Positions 28,508-39,800 of a DNA stretch of 64,000 bases are shown piece by piece. The stretch comes from Podarcis vaucheri. Lineage: Eukaryota. Within the stretch, counting starts at the first letter, position 1. Each line of letters opens with the position of its first letter. A program made the position numbers and the translations under genes. Location of the stretch: assembly GCA_965113315.1 (NCBI GenBank), contig OZ220373.1, one strand, 5' to 3'. The notes beneath the pieces are model-generated. The model was not told where the DNA came from and did no database searches. It saw only the letters and a list, made by a program, of their open reading frames with translations.

Positions 28508-31500
28508 TCAATGTATTATATGTCTTTATTTCTGTAAACATTAGCTGAATGTAGAAGAGTGGCTAGCTTTCAGTCTATGTTTGGTGGCAAAATATTGAGA
28601 TCTATCCTTAAACAGAGCAATTACTGTATGGTCACTGATGCTGGAACTACAACTCCCATTTTAGCATTAAAAAAAATGGCTACATTCACATGTCCATGGT
28701 AAGCTTTGTTCCTCAGCACAAGCAGGGAGGAGCAGAGTAGGTATAATGGGCTTGTGCATGGTACACCATGGTTTCTGGCTCACTGTGATATGTGAATGTT
28801 GTCATTATTGTCTGCATTTAAGACCTACAGCTGGGTTTATTTCTTGATTTCATTGTCACTTCAAAAAATGAACTATTTCCTTTCACAGATGTGCCTGAGA
28901 CAATAGTAATTAAGCTGTAAAACAAGCATACTTCGATAGTTAATGTAAAGCTGGTTTATTTAAATAGCTCTTGATCTATAACTAATATCTGGGTCAGAGG
29001 CTTTAATTTGAGCACATGAACTGATTTCATGACAGATGTATTAAACATTTTAGATAACTGAACAATCTAGAGGGTGGAAGTATGCATCAGGTGGTCAAAG
29101 TGGGAGAAGAGGTGTCTGTGAGTTTTATCTCATCCTCAGTCATTTGTTCTGTTAGAGAAGGGTAATGTCTCATTTCTCATAACTGGAGAAAGATCCTTGT
29201 TTTCACAGTGGTTATGTTGCAGCTCACTGTGGATAAATAGTACAGGAGGGGAGCAGAGACTAGAGAGAATGATCTGATTTAGCAAGCATACTTTGCTTGT
29301 ATTCAGTAAACAAAGTTAAAATTTTTGAAACTGCCAAGCTTACCTATTGCCTTCTTTGCATTTGACATTCTATCATTGCTCTTAATGAACATATGAAATA
29401 GAAAATTTTCCAATGCTTTCTTTTTCTGTAGGAAATTTTTCATTTCTCACATCATTTGAAGGTGACTCCCAGAAAGTCTTTATGGGGGTGGGGAGGCTCA
29501 CCAAAAGTTGGAGAGAAGCACTTTTTGTGAGCAGAAACTTGTGGGAGGCACCTTCACCCAATGTTCAGCAGTTACTGTCAGCTGCTTGCAACACAGCTCA
29601 CTGTGTTAAGGCTTTGCTGAGGGCAGGAGGGGGCATGTCCTTGAATTGAACCGTATTATTGATGTATTTGCCACTTGTTTGTACAGTATGCTTATTGTAA
29701 ATGATGCCAGTGTATCTAAAGATGCATGTAAAGTTGCTCTGCTATAAGTTGGAAATATGCATTTTGTCAACATAACTAGCTTTTCAAAGTTGCCTTCATC
29801 TGGTTACATGCACAATCTGCTTACATATGCAAATATGAAATGGATAATGAATGGTTGCAAATATAATGTTGTGTATTGTGCTTATGAAGAGTCATGCTGA
29901 AGTAGGCTGCTTCTAAGAGGGAGATGATTTTTTAAAGTTTTATTTTTTGCAAACGAGAGCTCTTGATTGATTTGATATTTTAATTAACAATTTGTACTTT
30001 AAAGTTTGAATTAGTTATTTTTGTTGCTAATGCTGTGTGTTGCTAGTTGCTATAACTTTTTAAGTTTTAGAAACTATTGTGATACTGTGTGAAAGGACAG
30101 GTGAAAGTTCTAATCAACACATGCAAATATTAATTTGTTTTGAACCTTATTCACTCACAGTGTACTCTTCATTGATAGGTAGCATAGATCAGTCAGTGTT
30201 AAAGGAATTACCTCCAGAACTCCTAGCAGAAATTGAATCTACCATGCCTCTCTGTGAACGAGTGAAAATGAACAAACGTAAGCGTAGCACAGTAAATGAA
30301 AAACCAAAATACGCTGAAATCAGTTCTGATGATGACAATGACAGTGAAGTAGCTTTTGAAAGTAAGTAGAGTGGTGATTTCTCATTTTGATAACGGTGAT
30401 ATATTGTGTTAAAAATGGTTTATGGTGTCTTCGTAATCAGTCCTGCCAGATCAACAAGGATGAGGCCAGGGTAGTTCACATGGGGGGTGGGGACCAAGTA
30501 GGTGTACACATTCCCAGCATTCTGTGTTCCTCATCGAGTAACCCAGTGTCTGAAGGAAATCACTTCCTGATTCAGCATAGTAAGGAAACAGCTAAGTAAC
30601 CTGCAGTGTCACATTTTGAGTACCTTAGATAAAAGCAAATAGGAGCTGAGACAGAATTTAGCTACTGGCTCTCCTTCACAAGTCTGGATGGTTTTCTTGT
30701 GTAGGGTACTGTAGACATATTGAGGAAACTATAGTAAGCTGTGTTGAGGTATGCTGGTGTAGTATGGCAACTCTTGGGGAAATAACTTAGACAAGGCATA
30801 GGCAAACTCGGCCCTCCAGATGTTTTGGGACTACAACTCCCATCATCCCTGACCACTGGTCCTGTTAGCTTGGGATGATGGGAGTTGTAGTCCCTAAACA
30901 TCTGGAGAGCTGAGTTTGCCTATGCCTGACTTAGACAAAGGTCACTTAATAGGAATTCACTACAATACAGAGATAAACGTAGTCAAGGAACTCATACATG
31001 GCTCTTTTTCTTTAAACAGTAAACAAATTTATTTTGAGAACTCATCTGTGGTGCTTCAGGAAGTTGTGTTTTATAGAAAATTTAATCACCTTTAATGAAC
31101 TAGTTGGGCTGAAAAAGATGGCTTACTATGTTTTCCTTCCCTTCCTAGAAACTGAGCAAAAAGTGAACAAAATGTAAAGAAACATCAGAAGAAAGGTTTT
31201 ATGGTTCAGTGGAAGGGTTTGAAAAATTTTGGAGTGGAAAATAACATGCACATGCCTACTTCTGGGTTCCTGTCCTACTACTTTCATGGTGCTACAGATA
31301 CGCTTTATTTACAAGAAGATAAAATGAATAGGCCCCTAAACAAAGTGTTTTGCAATTTAATTGTATTTCTAAAACAAAATTAAAAGAATTAGGGGAAAAT
31401 TGAAAGTAATAATACAGATAATGGTGTCCTTGGTCTTGAAATGAAAATCAAAGTTTTAGCTAAAAAGTATACCTTTCAGTAACTGAAGCTAGAGATACAC

Positions 31501-33782
31501 AGTTTTATACAGTCAAGGAACACTAATTTCAACCAATAGGCAATTTTTATAAAGAGTAAGAGGGAGAAAAGGCATAGGAGGGAAATTCAAACTTACATTT
31601 TGAAACTTTTCTGGAACATACTAATTTTCTTATTAAGGGAGAGGCAAAAGAAGAAAGGTTGCAGAAAGGTTGCAGAAGTTTGATGGAATAAGAGACATTA
31701 GGTCTATCAAGAAGAGGGTCAGATTAATGTAGAGTCCAGGCAGGAACATCAATATATATATTTTTAAGGCCCCCCCTCCAACTTTTGAGAGCCTGAAAAG
31801 TGAGAATCAGACATATAAACTGAACACCTGATAAGATTTGGAGCCAGGGATGAAAACGGTAAAGAAGAGAGAACATGTTTGTTTCAGTGAGCAAGAGAAA
31901 TAATGTAAGTAAAGGAATTCTGCAACAGCTTCAAGGTTTCAAAGAAGTGGCTGGCACACAAGTCAGTTCTGCATGCACATCTGGGATGATGCTGCTTAAT
32001 TAAAAAAAAAAAATACTACCACTAGCACTACCTCAAACAAACAAACAAAAACAACCCACACTTCAGCCTATATATTTAGCAGTGGGAATTTCTGAAGTGA
32101 AAACAGCAAATGAAAGTCAGACATCAACCATAATAATAGCTTATACAGATCTTGACTCAAAAATCGAAAGTGAGAAATGAAGCCCAGGTAAGCACAACAA
32201 TACCTTAGACAAGAAATACAAGGCTGAAAAAGCTTTTGGGAGCAGAAACAGGAAAGGATGGGCTTCCGTGTTTCTGTATATTGAATACTGTGCTTGAAAA
32301 CTTTCAGTAGAATTTAGCAACTTGAGCTTTATCAGTTTGTCCTCCATGATTACTACTACACCAAGAAAGAAGTGAAAACATGCTTGTGAATTGCTCCTAG
32401 CTGGAAGATAAGTTGAGTTTCTTTAAACTGGACTTTGCATTCATAACAGTGTGTTAATTTCTAGCTTCTCGGAAAAGGCATAAAAAGGATAGAGAGGATG
32501 ATAAAGCTTGGCAATATGAAGAACATGACAGACGAGCTTCTGGAGACCATAAAAGGAGTAGCCACTATCATGAAGGAAGGAGGAGCTCTGGTAGCAGTCG
32601 ATATCGCAATCGTAGTCCAGAAGACTCAGATGTAGATGATTATTCTCCCCCTCCTAGCCTCAGTGAGGGTAATTATCACACCACTGTTAAACTTGCTCTC
32701 ACATTAGTGATAAATTTTTCCTAAGGCTTAATTTTTTAAAAAAGTATTCTTAAAAACCTGACTTATTGACAGATAGTTTTAAAGTTGTATTGGTCATATT
32801 GAATGTCATGATAAACCATACTTTATAGTGACAGGAAGAAGCCTAGTCTCCCCTGGCTTGTATTCCTCTTCTACTCCAGTATGTCCCCAAGGAGGAGTGT
32901 GGAAGTTTTTGAGATTGATTACATGTGACACAGCTACCTGAACCTAAGAATTACTGCACTCACACGATGAAATCTTGGCTTAATAAGCCGCAATAATACA
33001 TGAGCTGTATGTACTTACACATAGCCCCTGCGTCGCTTCTCCTTTTATGTAGGCAACAAAACAAACCAGGAAGCTGCAATTGTCCATAGCTTTCCATTCA
33101 TGTGAACCAGGAACTATGGTTAATGGCTTTGAAACAAGTCAGGATTTGGAAGTCAAACATGGTTTAAATTTGGATTGTGATCCTGGCTTGCTTGGAAGCT
33201 GTTAACCTTGGCTGTGAAGCTAGTTTATTTCAACAACCCATAATTAAGATTAACCACAGTTTAGGGTTTGGACATAATGCTAAGCTTCAGGTAACTGAAA
33301 GCGGAAGCAAAAGTTTCCTGTCTCCTCTCACAGCCATGCAGCAGGAGGAGAGGAGAGCATATGATCCAGGGAGGAGGCTGGGCTCATTCCCATCTCCATA
33401 AACCATGATTATTGTGATGTCTGAAAACAATCTGTGCATTGCCATATAAGAAAACATTTGTGGAAATGTTCTATTTTATATTTTAAGTGGCTAGAAAAAT
33501 GAAGAAAAGAGAGAAACAAAAGAAGAGGAAAGCTTATGAACCAAAGCTAACACCAGAAGGTAAGGTTGCTGCCACCGTTGTTTCCTACCTTTAATGTCTT
33601 TGCCATTGTTAGTTGCCATTAATTGACCATGGCTCAAATATACTATACTTCATATTTTTATTAGAAATGATGGATTCGTCTACCTTCAAGAGGTTCAGCG
33701 CTTCAGTAGAAAATATTTTGGACAATTTGGAAGACATGGATTATACTGCATTTGGTAAATAATCCTTTTCCTATCAAATGAT

Positions 33783-33820
<38 letters not shown>

Positions 33821-36800
33821 GCTTTCGTAGATTTTCACGGGTACAGGAATGCAGGTTTTGGTGTCTTCGGGTGTCTTCCCGTGTAAGAGTCGGGGTGTCT
33901 GGGCGACGTTTCGACGAGGTCTCACTCGTCATCTTCAGGCTGGTGCTTTCGGCTTCTTGTTACTGGAACAGAGCAGAATCTGGTGTTTGAGTTCCTATAA
34001 ATACTGTTGAGGGGTGTGGTGTATAGCCTCCAACGTTCTGGGCAGAGAGGAAGTTCCTAGATTAGTGTGCCTTTTCTTCTTTTGTTCCTTAATTACTTGA
34101 GGGATATCTTGAGTGATTTCATGAGTGATATTCTGAATACCACTGGGTGGGTCATTAAGTGTAGATTAGTTGCTAAAGCTTTCGTGTCTTGACCTCTTGA
34201 GCTTGTGAAGAGTTTTTCTGAGAAGATGGCTGTGCTGCATTTAGTTGTGCTCTGGCTTGGCTTCGTGTATAGGGGCGAGCTGTGGTTTTGTGCCTTGTGC
34301 CAGTCAGATCTGTGTAGGGATTGCAGGGGGGTGCAGCATCCGGAGGTGCCACTATAGTTTGGCTACTGGATGGAGTCTGTAATATGTCTGTGGAGAGGGT
34401 CTGGGTTTGGGTCTGGTGTGGTTGATTGGTGACGGCGTTCTGTGTGCCTCTGGTTCTGGTGTCGGTTTTTGTGGGGAGGGCTAATTTCCAGATGTCTGGC
34501 AGGCGGGACGTGTCGTCACGCTTGTTCATGTTGTGAGGGTGTTTCTCTATCTCGATGGCTTCCATGATTATTCTCTTGTGGTGATGTTCCATGTTAAAGA
34601 GCAATTTGGAATCTGCAAAATTAATTTCATGTCCTGTTTCTTTCATGTGTTGGAAAAGAGAGGAAGTTTTTTCTTCTTTTTTGACGGCATTCTTGTGTTC
34701 TGCGATACGTGCATTTATTCGTCTGTTTGTTTGTCCAATGTACGTGGCTGGGCAGACTTTGCAGGGTATTTCATAGACCCCTTGGTTTTCCAGCTGGATT
34801 TTGTCTTTTGGGTTTCTGAGGATATTGGCTATTTTTTGGTTGGTGCAGAAGGCTGTTTTGATATTGTGTTTATGGAGGATTTTGCTGATTTTGTCTGTAG
34901 TGCCCTTGATATAAGGAAGGAGGGCCATGCCATTGTTTTCTTCTGTGTCTTGGTTTTTGGGGGGTGTTTCTTTTTGGATTAGCTTCGTAACCCTGTTTTT
35001 CTGGTATCCATTGGCGATTAACACATTTGAGAGATTCTGTAACTCAGTTGTCAAGTGGTCTTTGTCAGCCAGGCGTTTGGTTCTGGAGATGAGAGTCTTG
35101 GCTACGGAGTTTATTTGTGCAGGGTGGTGGTGTGATTGTGCATATATATTCAGCCTTTTTGACTGACATCTTCAGTGGACTTGAACACTATTTTCCTAAA
35201 CCTCCCCCTCCCCATGGCACTGCTTGAGAATTCAAGAAGGAATAGTCATTGCAACCAGCACAAAAATTCCTGTTTAGACAGGGTGGAATGATTGTGTTGC
35301 TTAGACTTTTGTTCTGAAATTCAGGGGTTTTTTTATCCAGCTTTTGCCAGGGATCTCTAACTGCTGTACTTGCAGACATTGGCTATGTTTACACATCATT
35401 TACACCTTAATTGTTTTATGTAATTGAGCAGTGTACTGGTGGAGTCACCACTTCGCTCCTCCTGCTTTCTTGGCTGCACCAGGAGCAGCTTGTTGTGTCA
35501 TCTAGACTCAGGCTTGTGGTTTGCTTCTCACTAAATAAACCATGAATAGTAGCTAAGTCATCTTCTGTGTACCACTTGTGTTTCGTTGGGGGGAAACAAA
35601 ATGTGAGCCAAGGTTTGCTTGACAACATGCCAATGCTTATGATTTGTTTCCAGCATTCAAGTCACACAGAAGGATCAAAGCCAAGACGTTTGAGCAGCAT
35701 GCACAACACACTGCTCATTCATATTAAACCATGGAATGGCATAGGGGGTCCCCCTGGATCATGAACCTTAGATTATGGTCTTGTTAGCCTGCTTGATAAT
35801 TCAGCCCTGCTCAAAACAGCTTCAGTTTCTGTCATCACAAAAATTTAAAGTTCCTAACTTCTCAATTCTTCAGCAATGTTTCAATGGACCAATTGAATGG
35901 AGCTGATCTATGGAGCATTTTGAGAAACTCTGAGCGAGGTTTTGAGAGACAGTCTTCTAGCCTATACTTCTGTAGTTGAGAAGGATGGAGAAATTAGTTG
36001 GGCTCACATTCTTTGTAGTCACATCTCCCAAACTGATACATGAACTGTGATGCATTTCTTCAACAAAAATATGCTTATAAAAAAGCATATATTTGGGGAG
36101 AGTGTACACAGAAATGCATATATTAGGCAAATTTGCATACAACAAGTATATATTACGTGAAATGCACATGAAAATGCACACAAATTATTAGTGAACTTAA
36201 AAAAAAATGCAAACTGATACACAACTAAGGTGAACTGAAAACTGGAAAAATAAGGAACAAAGGTAAAATAAAAACAACAGCTATAACTTTCTTGAGATAT
36301 TGATGTCTATCTTTAAAATGGCTCTGTCATGCTGCTGCATTGAAAAGAAAAATGAAATCTTTTAATTTCTTCCTCTTTAGGTGATGATGATGAAATTCCT
36401 CAGGAGTTTTTATTGGGAAAGCATCAGCTTAGTGAATTGGGCAGTGAATCTGCTAAAATTAAGGCAATGGGCATTATGGACAGGGTAAGTTATTGCTGCC
36501 TTAAAAATGAAGAATGCAGCAGATTTTTGTTCACAGAGGGATTCTTCAACAAATATTTTTCTTCTGGAAGAGATGTTATCTGAGAGCTCTTTTAATCTCC
36601 GGGGCATTTGGGACAAAATGTAAAAGACAAGTGTGTGCTGTCAGTTAAATGTAGAAGCATTTATTATTTGTTTTGGTAACTCACAACTTATACACATTCA
36701 GCTTTATGCTCTTGGCAAATTAAGAAATTAAAATAAATTAAAAAGATGGTAAAAATGGGGTGAGCATCCAGGGGAAAAAACCGTTTGGGAAGCCCACCCA

Positions 36801-39800
36801 CTCAAGAACCCCATGGGTTTTGACGATACATTATTTTGGCTTTAGGCGCTATCTGGAACATAATCACAATGTAACTTGAGAGTTGCCTGCAGTCTAGTCC
36901 GAGCTCTGTCTCGGCACTCCCCCCTCCAAATCCTAACCTTGAGCTGAACTAGGATCTACTTCCAATTTTATTTGGAGCCATTACTTTTTTAATTGGCAAG
37001 TGAAAGGAAGGATATGCAATTTGAGGATGAAAGACACTACTCTGTTTATAAGTCCAAATGGTGGACATAGAGATGATCATATCCATGCAGGATAATTGGT
37101 AGATAAAATGTTCTGTTTTTAGCTTTCAACAGAAAAAACAGTGAAAGTCCTGAACATATTGGAGAAGAATATTCAAGATGGTTCAAAGCTTTCTACTCTT
37201 CTTAACCATGTAAGTTGCTAAATGATGCTAGTATCATTGTATTTATTTTATACATTAATTGAGAGGCTAGAAATAGCCTCTCCAGCTCTCCTTCTGAACT
37301 GGAGACTGCACTTGAGGAATCCTAATAAGGCTGGTTCAAATGGTATGGAGTATACTGTGACATTGCTACCAACCTCAGCTGAGAATGTCACATAGAAAAA
37401 ATAATATCTAGTCTAAGTAACTTACTAGGAAGTCATTTCTACAGAGAGCCTCTTTAAATTGAAATAGAGGTTCCACTAGTCTAGGTATGCACAACTCGAA
37501 TAACCACAAATGATTTGTTTATATTTTATCAACAGGACATCACTGATACATTAACTGAAGACAAGCATCATGTTATAATTTTAACTAGCCAGTATTCTCT
37601 TTAGCTTATTTTTTGACCTTTCATTTCTCCATGTCCCATACTGCTGTTTATTATCTCTCTCCAAGTTGAGACTTTTCTTTCTTTATACCACCATAGACCT
37701 GCATTCTCCTCTCTAGCCTCCCCACTTTCTGCTCCCATTTCCAGATACCTTTGTATCCCATTTGTTATCTTTCTGTTATCTCTGCAGTCTATATACTTTT
37801 CTGTATTCCCTCTGTACCCAATGCATTACCCCCCCAACTATCTCTTCCCATTACCCAGGCTTCTGTGCATCCCATTTTGTTACTTTTTTCTGCCTTACAT
37901 CTGTTTCCTTCTCCCCACCCCCCTCCATTCCATTTCCTTCTCCCTGACCTCTTCTACTCTTCCTTCTTAATGTTGGTGGCTGCAGTGCAAAAGGCTTTTG
38001 CTCACTTAGCAATGCACACACTGAGGGAATCACAGATGCTAACCAAGGCTATTTGTATTTACTCTAGCAGAAGACTGTGGCTACCTTTCTTGAATTTGAC
38101 ACAGAAAGTGTAAAGTCTAAACATGCATCTGTGGAAAACGGGAATTCTGGACCTCTCAAGCCTAGAGTTGGCCTAGTGTCCATTTTTTATTTTGAAATGT
38201 AAACTCAGCTGAAGGCTTGGGATGGACAGTTTACGTACATGCATATTGCTCTATATTTCTCAGTCAGTGATATATCTGCATGTTTTTTGTTCTCAAAGGC
38301 CTTTTTCCATTATTGTAACTGACTTCTTAACTGACTTCTGTGACTGACTTGTGTCAAGATCTACATTCTATTTTTTCTCTTTCTGTTGGTTTGCCTAAAG
38401 CAGGGGTGGTCAACCTTTTTATACCTACTGGCCACTAATGCATCTTTCTTGATGATAAAATGTCCTAACCGCCCACCAGTGCTCAATGGAAGGAGGATTC
38501 AGCTTGTGCCGTAGAACCCCCTACTGCCCACCTAGAATCCTGAAATGCCCACTTGTGGGCGGTAGGGACCAGGTTGACAACCCCTCGCCTAAAGGAATAC
38601 TGTAGCAAAGTGCTGTGACCTCTATAGAATGCCTTATCCACATCATGCTAAATTCCACAGAATTAGACTTTAGAGTGACTTTTTTACCTTCCGCTTTGAG
38701 AGGGAGGTAATGCTCTTACTTCCCTGTTACTGGAAATAGCTGAATGCACTTGCATTGGAAATTCAGATTTCCTTAGTTGGAACAGGAACTTTTCCAGAGT
38801 GACTTTTCTCTGTTTTTGTGTTGCTTCTTCCTTCCTGACATGGTTTCCTACTTGGTTAACAGAAGATGGAAAAGAGCAGAATTTTTTATATCAGATAAGA
38901 TAAAAAAATTTTTTATCTATAAGAGTTTATCTCAATGGATGAAGAAATACTGAGTAAGGCTCCAATATTTCCATGAGCAGTGTGAGCCTCACTCACTGTT
39001 GTCATTCTGCAGGGTCATTTTGGGTGAGGCTTAGTGACCAGAAAAAAGCCCTGGCTGATTAGACGCAAGAGCACGATTGGTGAAAAAGTTGGCAACTGTA
39101 CTTCAGGAAGGGTTTTTCTGAGATTGTAGCATTGTGAAATATATCACAGAGATTCCTGGTTTGTATTTGGCTATTGGGAGGTTTTAAAATACGAGTAATC
39201 ACTAAACTTTTTCATGTTGATATATTAACTATTGCTGCGTAAATTTTGCTCACATTTATTTTCTCTGATTGCTTTTTAAAAATGTTTTCTTTTAAACTTA
39301 GCACTCTGAATTTTTCTGCAGAATAACGACACTGAAGATGAGGAAAGATTATGGAGAGACTTGATCATGGAGAGAGTCACAAAATCTGCAGATGCCTGTC
39401 TTACAGCTATCAACATTATGACATCACCCAACATGCCCAAAGCTGTATATATTGAAGATGTAATAGAAAGAGTTATTCAATACACTAAATTTCACTTACA
39501 GAACACACTTTATCCTCAGTATGATCCTGTTTACCGATTGGACCCTCATGGTGGTTAGTATAACAGATATATTTCTTGCTTTTTGAAATCATACTATTGT
39601 AGAGAATATACATGCAGATCCAAAATCAACATCATCTCCTCCTCCCTCCTTCTCCTCCTTCTCCTCCTTCTTCTTTATACCCCGCCGATATGGCTGGGTT
39701 TCCCCAACCACTCTAATGTAAAGTAAGCCTTTTTCAGCTTTACTTAGATATATATTTTGTTTAAAGTATTGATACCCCACCTTTCTATTCCACCACTGGT

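Larger units (their letters stand above)
33821..35141 (-). mobile_element. Penelope-like retroelement (PLE), 5'-truncated, inserted in an (AT)n tract in intron 14
   Basis: Uninterrupted minus-strand frame from ...AQSHHHPAQINSVAKTLISR (RT thumb region) through GIY-YIG (GVYEIPCKVCPATYIGQT...RIAEH...HMKETGH...MEAIEI...NMN) to the stop at 34173, then about 350 bp of 3' region. ATATATAT on both flanks. Confidence 0.92.
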
